Assembly (NCBI GenBank): GCA_050945815.1
Contig: JBMNTQ010000003.1
Location: forward strand, 1 to 40,556
Reading direction: 5' to 3'
Length of the DNA: 40,556 nt
DNA from: Christensenellales bacterium
GTDB taxonomy: Bacteria > Bacillota > Clostridia > Christensenellales > JBMNTQ01
Positions within the stretch are counted from its first letter, which is position 1, and each line of letters opens with the position of its first letter. A program made the translations under genes and the position numbers. The notes under the pieces were generated by a model. It saw nothing but the letters and a program-made list of their open reading frames with translations. It was not told where the DNA came from and ran no database searches. Below are positions 18,099 to 28,113 of the stretch, one piece after another.

Positions 18099-19601
18099 AT
18101 GAAGATTGAGTTGATATCGGATAAAAATCTGCATGAAACCCGGGTTGCATTATTAGAAGATGGGGACCTGGCGGAACTCTACGTTGAGCGGGCGGATAAC
18201 AGAAGATTGGTGGGGAATATTTATATGGGCCAGGTGGCCAACGTTTTGCCGGGGATGGACGCAGCTTTTGTGGACGTGGGCCTGGAGAAGAACGCTTTTC
18301 TCCATGCGTGTGATATCTTGGTGGATAGCTCGGACTTTGAATTTGAGGGACAAAACACGAAGGTGCAGCTAAAGCCCAGCATTCGCAGTATGCTCAAACA
18401 GGGGCAGCATATTATGGTGCAGGTTCTGAAAGACCCAGGCGGCACCAAGGGCGCTAAGGTGACCACCCATGTGACCTTGCCCGGACGCATGGTGGTTTTG
18501 ATGCCTACGGTGGATCATATTGGGGTGTCTCGCCGCATTGAGGGCGAGGAGGAACGCAGCCGGCTCAAGAGTATGATGGAGCGGATTAAGCCGCAGAATA
18601 TGGGCGTGATTGTGCGTACGGTGGCCGAGGGTAAATCGGAGCAGGATTTTGTGGAGGAGCTGGCGTACCTTTGCCGCCTTTGGGAGGAAGTTCAGGCCAA
18701 GGCGGAGGAGAAAGCCCCTGCTTTGATTCATGCGGAGGGGGATGTGCTGTATCGCTGTGTGCGCGATTTGTTTACGGCGCAGGTTAGCCGCTTTGTGGTG
18801 CATCGGGAGCATGCGGAGAAGGTGAGATCGCTGACCCGGGCGATTGCGCCGCAGCTTTTGAACCGTATTGAGATTTTTGACGGAGACATGCCTTTTGATG
18901 CGTTTAACCTGGAAAACAAGGTGGACCGGGCGCTGCATACGAAAGTTTGGCTGAAGAGCGGGGGCTATTTGATGTTTGATAGCACCGAGGCGCTGATGGT
19001 CGTGGATGTGAACACAGGAAAGTATGTGGGCAGCGAGAATTTGCAGGATACCATTTTAAAGACCAATTTGGAAGCGGCGCGGGAGATTGCGCGGCAGCTT
19101 CGGTTGCGTAACATCAGCGGTATCATCATCATTGATTTTATTGATATGGAGCAGGACAGCCACAAAAAGATCGTGGTGGACGCTTTGTCGGAAGCGATGA
19201 AGCGGGATCGGAATAAGTCTAATGTGCTGGGCATGACGGGGCTGGGGCTGGTGGAGATGACGCGCAAGAAATCTCGTCAGCGGCTGGATGATATTATGTT
19301 GATAAAATGCCCGTGCTGCAGCGGGGATGGGCGGCTGCTTTCGCCGGAAACAGTGGCCCTGGATATCAGCCGCGAGGCGCTGGACTGGCTGCGGCGGCCA
19401 GATTGTGAGGCGGTTGTGGTCAATGTTCATAGCTGTGTGGCGCAGTATATTGCGTCGAGATGTAAGGCTGGCGGGTTTTTCAAAAACTTGCAGGGAAAGA
19501 CGATTTATGTGCGTGCTAATACGCGTATGAAGCAGGAACGATTTGAAATTATGGAATACACGGTGGCGGATGATGTGACGGGTTGTGATATTTATTGTTG
19601 A
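18099..19601 (+). CDS. rng: Rne/Rng-family endoribonuclease (RNase G/E)
   Basis: S1 domain (GNIY.G.V.NVLPGMDAAFVD), DVNTGK, IIIDFIDM, GLVEMTRK, zinc-link CPCCSGDG. Confidence 0.95.
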   Translation: MKIELISDKNLHETRVALLEDGDLAELYVERADNRRLVGNIYMGQVANVLPGMDAAFVDVGLEKNAFLHACDILVDSSDFEFEGQNTKVQLKPSIRSMLKQGQHIMVQVLKDPGGTKGAKVTTHVTLPGRMVVLMPTVDHIGVSRRIEGEEERSRLKSMMERIKPQNMGVIVRTVAEGKSEQDFVEELAYLCRLWEEVQAKAEEKAPALIHAEGDVLYRCVRDLFTAQVSRFVVHREHAEKVRSLTRAIAPQLLNRIEIFDGDMPFDAFNLENKVDRALHTKVWLKSGGYLMFDSTEALMVVDVNTGKYVGSENLQDTILKTNLEAAREIARQLRLRNISGIIIIDFIDMEQDSHKKIVVDALSEAMKRDRNKSNVLGMTGLGLVEMTRKKSRQRLDDIMLIKCPCCSGDGRLLSPETVALDISREALDWLRRPDCEAVVVNVHSCVAQYIASRCKAGGFFKNLQGKTIYVRANTRMKQERFEIMEYTVADDVTGCDIYC

Positions 19602-19627
19602 CATGGATTTTACCGTTGTGGTAAAAT
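19598..19627 (+). promoter_or_regulatory. SigA promoter of rplU-prp-rpmA
   Basis: TTGACA-18 bp-TAAAAT with extended TG; the -35 overlaps the rng stop. Confidence 0.75.
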
Positions 19628-19632
19628 GATTC

Positions 19633-19710
19633 GGTAAGCCGCTCAGAATCGGTTTTTTTAAGTCTCTTGGACAGGTTTTACGGGAGCACCGAGTTTTGGC
19701 GAGACTGGGT
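19633..19710 (+). ncRNA. Ribosomal protein L21 leader (cis-regulatory RNA)
   Basis: Lies between the promoter and the rplU RBS: GGTAAGCCGC...CAGAATCGGT pairs with ACCGAGTTTTG, ending in GGCGAGAC, as in Firmicute L21 leaders. Confidence 0.7.
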
Positions 19711-19721
19711 AGAGGAGGTGC

Positions 19722-20066
19722 GTGATGTACGCGATTATTGAAACAGGCAGTAAGCAGTATAAGGTTTGTGCCGGCGATGTGATTTATGTAGAAAAACTGA
19801 ATGCGCAGGAAGGCGAAACCGTGCAGTTTGATGTTCTGATGCTGTCGGATGGAAGCGGCGTTAAGGCCGGTACACCGATTTTGGACGGCGTTTCTGTGGA
19901 AGGCGAAGTATTGGGCCATGGCAAGAGCGCAAAGGTTATTGTGTTTAAATATAAGTCCAAGAAAAACTACCGTGTCAAGCAGGGGCACAGGCAGCCGTTT
20001 ACCAAAGTGAAGATCGTTTCCGTTGCCGGACACAAGGCTGTTGCGCAGGAAGCGGAAGCAAACTAG
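19722..20066 (+). CDS. rplU: 50S ribosomal protein L21
   Basis: MYAIIETGSKQYKV...FKYKSKKNYR.KQGHRQPFT; short C-terminal extension. Confidence 0.98.
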   Translation: MMYAIIETGSKQYKVCAGDVIYVEKLNAQEGETVQFDVLMLSDGSGVKAGTPILDGVSVEGEVLGHGKSAKVIVFKYKSKKNYRVKQGHRQPFTKVKIVSVAGHKAVAQEAEAN

Positions 20067-20067
20067 C

Positions 20068-20391
20068 ATGACTAGAATTCACCTTTGGAAAAAGGACGGA
20101 CTTTATTTGGGCCTTCAGGCAAATGGTCACACCGGCTTTGCCGAGGAAGGGCGGGACATTGTTTGCGCGGCGGTTTCCGTGCTTTGTCAGACTATGATTG
20201 TAGGGCTGGATGAGGTTGCGGGCGTATCTCCTGATTATCGGATAGAAGACGGTGAGCTTTTTTGCCGGGTAGGGGAGGATAACGCCAAGAGACGCGACGT
20301 GCAGGCAATTCTGCGCACGATTGTGAAGGGCTTGCAGGCAGTGTATGAACAGTATCCAGATTTTATGGAACTCTTGGAGATGGAGGTGTAG
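20068..20391 (+). CDS. prp: Ribosomal processing cysteine protease Prp
   Basis: GHTG (catalytic His) and DIVCAAVS (catalytic Cys); located between rplU and rpmA. Confidence 0.93.
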   Translation: MTRIHLWKKDGLYLGLQANGHTGFAEEGRDIVCAAVSVLCQTMIVGLDEVAGVSPDYRIEDGELFCRVGEDNAKRRDVQAILRTIVKGLQAVYEQYPDFMELLEMEV

Positions 20392-20395
20392 AAGA

Positions 20396-20686
20396 ATGTT
20401 TAAAATGAATTTACAGCTTTTTGCGCATAAGAAGGGCGTGGGAAGCTCTCGTAATGGCCGAGATAGTGAGAGCAAGCGGCTGGGCGCCAAGCGGGCAGAC
20501 GGGCAGTTTGTTTTGGCGGGCAACATACTGGTGCGCCAGAGGGGTACCAAGATACACCCGGGCAACAACGTAGGCAGAGGTAAGGATGATACGCTGTTTG
20601 CTATGGCTTCCGGTGTGGTGCGCTTTGAGCGTTTGGGTAAAGACCGCAAGCGCGTCAGCGTGTACCCTCAGGAAATTGCGCAATAA
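20396..20686 (+). CDS. rpmA: 50S ribosomal protein L27 with Prp-cleaved N-terminal extension
   Basis: MFKMNLQLF|[15 protein letters not shown]...[10 protein letters not shown]; RBS GGAGGT. Confidence 0.98.
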   Translation: MFKMNLQLFAHKKGVGSSRNGRDSESKRLGAKRADGQFVLAGNILVRQRGTKIHPGNNVGRGKDDTLFAMASGVVRFERLGKDRKRVSVYPQEIAQ

Positions 20687-20714
20687 ACGCAAGGCAGATT
20701 GGATGGTAATAGCG

Positions 20715-20742
20715 AGGGCCGCAGTTTGTTCTGCGGCTTTTG
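20715..20742 (+). terminator. Intrinsic terminator after rpmA
   Basis: GGCCGCAG-TTTGTT-CTGCGGCT followed by TTT. Confidence 0.75.
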
Positions 20743-20784
20743 TGTTATAGTATGAAGATGGAGACTTGGGGGTCGGGGCTGGAC

Positions 20785-21663
20785 ATGGATTATCAGGATA
20801 TTGTTTGGGAGGGCGACGTTTGTATTGTAAAGGGCGTGCGGCACTTTCATCCCGCACGCATTTTTGAATGCGGGCAATGTTTTCGTTTTGAGGAAGTGGA
20901 CGGCGTTTATCAGATTGTCGCATACAGGCGCAGGCTTTTCTTGGAAAGACGGGGGCGAGACGTGGCTGCGTATCCTTGTACGCCCGAGGATTTTGAACAG
21001 ATTTGGAAAGATTATTTCGACCTGGGCCGCAGCTATGAGCAGTTGTGCGCTGGATTAGCCGAGGATGAGCGCCTTAAAGAGGGCATATGCTATGGCGAGG
21101 GGCTGCGTATTTTGCGGCAGCAGCCGTTTGAGACGCTGGTTTCCTTTATTATTTCGGCCAATAACAACATCGGCCGTATCCGGGGGATCGTGGGGCGGTT
21201 GTGTGAGCGCTATGGCGACTTGTTGGAGGATGACTATGGGACGTACTATGCGTTTCCTGAGCCTTGGCAGTTGGCGGCGGTAACCCAGGAGGATTATCGG
21301 GAGATTGGAGCAGGGTATCGGGCGGTGTATCTGGCCAAAACGGTGGAGCAGGTGGTGGGGGGGAAGGACCTGGAGAGGATTCGTTCCTTGAATTATGCGG
21401 AGGCGAAGCGCGAGCTGCTTGCTTTTCCCGGTGTGGGGCCAAAGGTTTCGGACTGTATTTTATTGTTTGCTTATGGCTTTGGGCGTGCTTTTCCGGTAGA
21501 CGTTTGGGTGCGGCGCAGTATGCAGGCATATTTGGGGGGAGACGCTACGGAGGATGAGATTCGGCAGTATGCTTTCCGGCGCTTTCGCGAGGTGGCGGGG
21601 CTGGCCCAGCAGTATCTGTTTTTCTATGAGCGGGCTCGTAAACGCAAAAAGGGCGGCGCATAG
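20785..21663 (+). CDS. ogg: 8-oxoguanine DNA glycosylase (OGG1-like, HhH-GPD)
   Basis: IFECGQCFRF (OGG N-domain), GLRILRQ.PFE.L.SFIISANNNI.RI, GYRA, GVGPKVSDCILLF (catalytic K), FPVDVW. Confidence 0.9.
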   Translation: MDYQDIVWEGDVCIVKGVRHFHPARIFECGQCFRFEEVDGVYQIVAYRRRLFLERRGRDVAAYPCTPEDFEQIWKDYFDLGRSYEQLCAGLAEDERLKEGICYGEGLRILRQQPFETLVSFIISANNNIGRIRGIVGRLCERYGDLLEDDYGTYYAFPEPWQLAAVTQEDYREIGAGYRAVYLAKTVEQVVGGKDLERIRSLNYAEAKRELLAFPGVGPKVSDCILLFAYGFGRAFPVDVWVRRSMQAYLGGDATEDEIRQYAFRRFREVAGLAQQYLFFYERARKRKKGGA

Positions 21664-21699
21664 GGGGAGGGAACGCCCTCTTTGCATCCTAAGAGGTTC

Positions 21700-21728
21700 T
21701 TGACACCTTATTGAAACTCTGATAGATT
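21700..21728 (+). promoter_or_regulatory. SigA promoter of guaB
   Basis: TTGACA-17 bp-TAGATT with extended TG. Confidence 0.7.
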
Positions 21729-21742
21729 TTTCTTAATTATAG

Positions 21743-23242
<1,500 letters not shown>

Positions 23243-23254
23243 GCTGTTTTGATG

Positions 23255-23294
23255 AAGGCCCGCCCTTTTCGCGGAGAAAAGGACGGGCTTTTTT
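23255..23294 (+). terminator. Intrinsic terminator after guaB
   Basis: GCCCGCCCTTTTC-GCGGA-GAAAAGGACGGGC followed by TTTTTT. Confidence 0.8.
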
Positions 23295-23458
23295 CGCGGA
23301 GGAAACGAGCGGGCAGGTTTAGGGTGGACTATTTTCCCTGAAGCGTTTAGCAAGGTGAGGGAGATTGTCTGCCGGATGGGCGTTTTTTGCAGGAGGCGGG
23401 ATGGGTGGCCTAGGGATTGTATGGCGGGATTGTATGGCGGGAGGATGGGGAAGACTTG

Positions 23459-24199
23459 ATGGAGACATTGTATTTGGACTGTGCAGCCGGGATAAGCGGA
23501 GATATGCTGATTGGGGCGCTGCTCGACCTGGGGCTGGACTATGAGCTGTGGGAGCGGCGGCTGGCACTTTTGGGCATCGACGGGGAATACCGGCTGGATA
23601 TGGAGAGAATTGTGAAATATGGCCGAGCCGGCGTGAATTTTGACGTGGTTGTGCGGGGGAAATGGGCCAAGGACGCTGCTTTAAAGCGTCGGTTTTTTGA
23701 TGTGGCGGGGCTGGTTTGCGAAAGCGGCTTGTCGGGGAGAGAAAAGCGGCGCAGCTTGAAGGTTTTGGAGGCATTGGGCAATGCTCAGGCCCGGGCTCAT
23801 GGGATTGCGCTGGAGCAGGTGGCCTTTCATGAACCCGGTGCGGTGGATACGATTGTGGACGTAGTGGGCGCTTGTATTGCGGTGGAGATGCTGGGCGCCG
23901 GGCGCATTGTCTGTTCGCCGGTGCATGTGGGCTATGGGAGCGTGTGCCACCGGGGGCGGCGCTATTCGGTGCCGGCTCCGACGACAGCGCTTTTGCTGGA
24001 GGATGTGCCTACATATAGGGAGGCGGCGGGTGAGCTGACCACGCCCACCGGCGCGGCGCTTTTGCGCGGGCTGGCTCAAGAATTTGGGGCGTGCCCGGAC
24101 TTTTCTTTTTGTAGGGAAGGGATGGGGTTTGGGAAAAAGGAGTTTGGCTTGTTGCGGGGATTTCGCGCGGTGATGGGCCGGGAGAGGGTGGCGCGTTAG
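23459..24199 (+). CDS. LarC-family (DUF111) protein, N-terminal domain only, no His-rich tract
   Basis: TLYLDC.AGISGDMLIGALLDLG, AHG......FHE.GA.DTIVDVVG, VPAP, GELTTPTGAALL, G.GFG. Ends at about 246 aa with no LarC2 domain. Confidence 0.85.
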   Translation: METLYLDCAAGISGDMLIGALLDLGLDYELWERRLALLGIDGEYRLDMERIVKYGRAGVNFDVVVRGKWAKDAALKRRFFDVAGLVCESGLSGREKRRSLKVLEALGNAQARAHGIALEQVAFHEPGAVDTIVDVVGACIAVEMLGAGRIVCSPVHVGYGSVCHRGRRYSVPAPTTALLLEDVPTYREAAGELTTPTGAALLRGLAQEFGACPDFSFCREGMGFGKKEFGLLRGFRAVMGRERVAR

Positions 24200-24291
24200 T
24201 CTGCTAAAAAGCACGAAACATCCGGCGGCATAGAATGCAAAAAAACTAGAAACAGGAGAATAACCTGCAAATACTTTGATAAAAAGAACAG

Positions 24292-24315
24292 AACGTTCGT
24301 CTTATAGCGAACGTT
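24292..24315. promoter_or_regulatory. Inverted repeat AACGTTCG-N8-CGAACGTT, PurBox-like (candidate PurR site)
   Basis: Perfect 8-bp arms containing the CGAAC core, about 35 bp upstream of the pur promoter -35. Confidence 0.55.
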
Positions 24316-24350
24316 TATTTTATTAGGGCATAAAAGGTTCAAAAATACGA

Positions 24351-24379
24351 TTGATTTTTGGCGTGGACTTTGATATGAT
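24351..24379 (+). promoter_or_regulatory. SigA promoter of the pur operon
   Basis: TTGATT-17 bp-TATGAT with extended TG. Confidence 0.7.
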
Positions 24380-24531
24380 TAAATGTATGAAAATTGAAGG
24401 ATGACCCAAGGAAGCGGAGCCCTTGTTCGCGGGATGGTATGGGTTTTCGAATGGTAAAATGGAAGTTCTGGGAGGCTTGGGCAGGAATCGGGCCTCCCAG
24501 AATTATTAGGATTTGGAAGGGGATTCAAACG

Positions 24532-25032
24532 ATGGCAAAGGTTGCGGTTGTGATGGGAAGCGACAGCGATTTCCCTGTGATGGGGGGCGCTTTGGAAGTG
24601 TTTCGTAAGTTCGGAGTTGAATGTGAAGTACGGGTGATTTCGGCTCATAGGACGCCGGATGCGGCCCATGGGTTTGCGGCCGGTGCGGAGCAAAACGGCA
24701 TAGAGGTTATTTTGGCAGCTGCAGGGAAAGCGGCGCATTTGGCTGGGGTTTTGGCGGCGTATACGACCTTGCCTGTGATTGGCATTCCCATCAAATCCTC
24801 TACAATGGACGGGCTGGATTCGCTGTTGTCTACGGTGCAGATGCCGTCGGGGATTCCGGTGGCGACGGTGGCTATCAACGGCGCTGAAAATGCGGCGCTG
24901 TTGGCTGTGCAGATTCTATCGTTGCGCTATCCGGAGTTTGGAGAGAAGATGAAGGCATTTAAAGCGGAGATGGCCCGGAGTGTGGAAGCGAAAGACAGGG
25001 CGCTGCAGGACAAGCTGGCGCAGGAGCTTTGA
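24532..25032 (+). CDS. purE: N5-CAIR mutase PurE
   Basis: MGSDSD, SAHRTP, AAGKAAHLAG, DSLLSTVQMPSGIPVATV; start ATG 24532. Confidence 0.97.
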   Translation: MAKVAVVMGSDSDFPVMGGALEVFRKFGVECEVRVISAHRTPDAAHGFAAGAEQNGIEVILAAAGKAAHLAGVLAAYTTLPVIGIPIKSSTMDGLDSLLSTVQMPSGIPVATVAINGAENAALLAVQILSLRYPEFGEKMKAFKAEMARSVEAKDRALQDKLAQEL

Positions 25033-25058
25033 GCCTGCGGGGATGGGGAGCAAAGGGA

Positions 25059-26447
25059 ATGAGCTATTATAATGATATAAAGCCCCTGGATGACCGTATG
25101 GGGGAAGAATGCGGCGTTGTGGGTATTTTGGGCGGCGCCAATGTGGCGGAGGCTGCTTATTACGGCCTGTATGCATTGCAGCATCGGGGCCAGCAGAGCG
25201 CCGGCATTGCGGTGTCCAGCGGGAAATCCATTCGTTATGTTAAGGATATGGGCCTGGTGTCCGATGTGTTTCAGGAAGACGGGCTAAAGGCTTTGGGCCA
25301 AGCGGTGATGGCCTTAGGGCATGTGCGCTATTCGCCGTATAAGACGAATAATGTTGTCAATTCCCAGCCGTTGGTGGTACGCTATCAGTATGGTGAAATT
25401 GCCGTGGCCAACAATGGTACGATTGTGAACCAGGGCAGAATCCGCAGGAAGCTGGAGAAGCAGGGGGCACTGTTTCAGACGGATATGAACAGCGAGATTA
25501 TTGCCCACTTGATTGCCCGCAACAACGACGGCAGCTTGGTGGAAGCGATTGGCCGGGCTATGAACGTTTTGAAGGGGGCTTATTCGTTTGTAGTGATGAA
25601 CGGGGATGCGGTGGTGGGGGCGCGTGATCCGGGCGGGTTTCGACCCCTTTGTATTGGAAAGCGCCAGGATGGCTATGTCCTTGCATCGGAGAGCTGTGCG
25701 CTGGATGCGATCGGCGCGGAATTTATGCGGGATGTGCGGCCGGGAGAGATTGTTTCCTTGGACAAGGACGGCTTGCATTCCTTTGATAGCGGTATTGCGA
25801 GGCGGGACAGCCTATGCATTTTTGAGTTTGTGTATTTTGCGCGGCCGGATTCAGCCATCGACGGAATCAGCGTGTTTGAGGCGCGGCGGCGGGCCGGAAG
25901 GCTTTTGGCGAAGGAAGCTCCGGTGGATGTGGATATGGTGGTGGGCGTGCCGGATTCGGCTCTGGCAGCGGCCATGGGTTATGCAGAGGAGGCGGGGCTG
26001 GCCTATGGGGACGGGCTGACCAAGAACCGCTATGTTCCCCGGACGTTTAACCAATCTAAGCAGGTTTTACGGGAGGAAGCAGTGGATATTAAGCTGAATG
26101 CCCTAAAGGACAACATTGCGGGCAAACGGCTGGTTTTGGTGGATGATTCGATTGTAAGGGGTACGACCAGCAAACGCATCGTGGATTTGTTGCGCGGCGC
26201 GGGGGCGAAGGAGATCCACCTGCGTATCACCAGCCCGGAGCTGCGTTTCCCTTGTCCGTATGGTATTGATATTGTTGCCTCAAAACAGCTGATTGCAGCT
26301 TGTCATGACACGGAGGAGATTTGTACTATGCTGGGAGCGGACAGCTTGGCGTATTTGACGCAGGAAGATTTGAAAGTTTCGGTATGCAGCGATAAGGGCT
26401 ATTGTATGGGATGCTTTGACGGGCATTACCCGATTGGCGTAAAGTAG
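25059..26447 (+). CDS. purF: Amidophosphoribosyltransferase (Fe-S type, with propeptide), divergent glutamine site
   Basis: EE|CGVVG, LQHRGQ, GHVRY, CIFEFVYFARPDS, VDDSIVRGTTS, four Fe-S cysteines (CIFE, CPYG, CMGC). Confidence 0.93.
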   Translation: MSYYNDIKPLDDRMGEECGVVGILGGANVAEAAYYGLYALQHRGQQSAGIAVSSGKSIRYVKDMGLVSDVFQEDGLKALGQAVMALGHVRYSPYKTNNVVNSQPLVVRYQYGEIAVANNGTIVNQGRIRRKLEKQGALFQTDMNSEIIAHLIARNNDGSLVEAIGRAMNVLKGAYSFVVMNGDAVVGARDPGGFRPLCIGKRQDGYVLASESCALDAIGAEFMRDVRPGEIVSLDKDGLHSFDSGIARRDSLCIFEFVYFARPDSAIDGISVFEARRRAGRLLAKEAPVDVDMVVGVPDSALAAAMGYAEEAGLAYGDGLTKNRYVPRTFNQSKQVLREEAVDIKLNALKDNIAGKRLVLVDDSIVRGTTSKRIVDLLRGAGAKEIHLRITSPELRFPCPYGIDIVASKQLIAACHDTEEICTMLGADSLAYLTQEDLKVSVCSDKGYCMGCFDGHYPIGVK

Positions 26448-26460
26448 GAGGAGAAACGGG

Positions 26461-27486
26461 ATGAGCTTGACTTATAAAGAAGCCGGGGTTGATGTGGAAG
26501 CCGGCTACCGGTCGGTGCAGCTGATGAAGGGGCATGTGGCCGCTACGATGAACAGCCAGGTTTTGAGCGGGCTGGCAAACTTTGGCGGTATGTATGCTTT
26601 AGGTGCGGAAGCTGGGGATAAGGTTTTGGTATCTGGCACCGATGGGGTGGGTACTAAATTGATGCTGGCTTTTGTGCTGGATAAGCATGATACGGTGGGC
26701 ATCGACTGTGTGGCGATGTGTGCTAATGATGTGGTTTGCCATGGCGCTGCACCGCTCTTTTTCCTGGATTATATTGCGACCGGTAAGGTTGTGCCTGAAA
26801 AGATTGCGGAGATTGTTAAGGGCGTGGCTGAGGGCTGCCTTCAGGCTAATTGCGCGCTCATCGGCGGTGAGACTGCTGAAATGCCCGGCCTTTATGGCGC
26901 CGATGAATATGATATGGCGGGCTTTTGTGTAGGGATGGCGGATCGGGATAAGCTGATTGACGGAAGCGCTGTGCGCGAGGGGGATGTGTTGGTGGGGCTG
27001 GCTTCGTCCGGCATACACAGCAACGGCTTTTCCTTAGTGCGGCGTTTGTTTAAGATGAGCAGTTCCTGCTTGGATCGGTATGTATATGAGCTGGAGACGT
27101 CGTTGGGTGCAGAGCTTTTAAAGCCGACTCGTATCTATGTGCGCACGGCGCTGCAGATGATTCGGGAGTTTGATGTGCATGGGATGGCCCATATCACCGG
27201 CGGCGGCTTTTATGAAAACATTCCCCGTATTTTGCCCTGCGGGCTTCAGGCGAACATTGTCGAGGGGAGTTGGCCCAGTTTGCCTGTCTTTGATCTGATT
27301 CAAAGTGAGGGGAATATCGAAAGGCAGGCTATGTTCAATACCTTTAATATGGGGATTGGCATGGTGATGGCACTTGCACCTGAACAGGCAGACGCCGCAG
27401 TTGAGCGGGCAAATGAGCTGGGTGAGAAGGCGTATCGGATCGGCCAGGTGGAAGCAGGGGAAGCGGGGGTCGTGTTTTGCCCATGA
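26461..27486 (+). CDS. purM: AIR synthetase
   Basis: TYKEAGVD, GTDGVGTK, LFFLDYIA, GGETAEMPG, SSGIHSNGFS, HITGGG, TFNMGIG. Confidence 0.98.
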   Translation: MSLTYKEAGVDVEAGYRSVQLMKGHVAATMNSQVLSGLANFGGMYALGAEAGDKVLVSGTDGVGTKLMLAFVLDKHDTVGIDCVAMCANDVVCHGAAPLFFLDYIATGKVVPEKIAEIVKGVAEGCLQANCALIGGETAEMPGLYGADEYDMAGFCVGMADRDKLIDGSAVREGDVLVGLASSGIHSNGFSLVRRLFKMSSSCLDRYVYELETSLGAELLKPTRIYVRTALQMIREFDVHGMAHITGGGFYENIPRILPCGLQANIVEGSWPSLPVFDLIQSEGNIERQAMFNTFNMGIGMVMALAPEQADAAVERANELGEKAYRIGQVEAGEAGVVFCP

Positions 27487-28112
27487 GGAACATCGCGGTG
27501 CTGGCAAGCGGCGGAGGCAGCAACCTTCAAGCGTTGATCGATGCCATTGAGGCTGGGGAAATTGCCGCAAAAATTTCATTAGTGGTGGCGGGGAAGCCCG
27601 GGATTTTTGCCCTGGAGCGGGCGAGAGCCCACGGCATTGAGAGCGTTTGCATTTGCCGTGGTGATTATGAGGATGTTTGTGCTCATGATAGGGCGCTTAG
27701 ACAGGTGCTGCGGGATTGCGGTGCGGACTTGGTGGTTCTGGCGGGATATCTTTCCATTTTAGGGAAGGACTTGGTGCAGGAATACCGAAACCGGATACTC
27801 AACATTCATCCGTCGCTGATACCGGCCTTTTGTGGCAGCGGTTATTACGGGCAACGGGTTCATCAGGCTGTTTTGGACTATGGGGCACGGGTGAGCGGGG
27901 CTACGGTGCACCTGGTGGACGAGGGAACCGATACGGGGCCGATTATTTTACAGCAGTGTGTGGAAGTTTTGCAGACGGACAACGCGCAAAGCTTGGCAGC
28001 TCGGGTGCTGGAAGCGGAACACCGCTTATTGCCTCAGGCTGTGAAGCTGTTTGTGGAAGGGCGTGTGTCCGTGGAGGGGAGAAAAGTGACCATTTTGGAG
28101 GAGGAGGCATAA
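27483..28112 (+). CDS. purN: GAR transformylase
   Basis: [37 protein letters not shown]; ATGA overlap with purM. Confidence 0.98.
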   Translation: MRNIAVLASGGGSNLQALIDAIEAGEIAAKISLVVAGKPGIFALERARAHGIESVCICRGDYEDVCAHDRALRQVLRDCGADLVVLAGYLSILGKDLVQEYRNRILNIHPSLIPAFCGSGYYGQRVHQAVLDYGARVSGATVHLVDEGTDTGPIILQQCVEVLQTDNAQSLAARVLEAEHRLLPQAVKLFVEGRVSVEGRKVTILEEEA

Positions 28113-28113
28113 C

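Noticed and set aside
24200-24290. Frameshifted larC2 half downstream of the LarC-like gene
   Set aside because: The A-runs lie after the stop, the region is too short, and no ETNxDD-type LarC2 motif appears in any frame.
24286-24298. LexA/SOS (Cheo) box GAAC...GTTC
   Set aside because: Spacing is N5 or N0 rather than N4; better explained as part of the PurBox-like repeat.
24394-24531. 46-aa N-terminal extension of PurE, or reading the gene as larB
   Set aside because: The extension crosses the leader hairpin and has no homology I recognise. The protein has true PurE motifs (MGSDSD, SAHRTP) and leads the pur operon.
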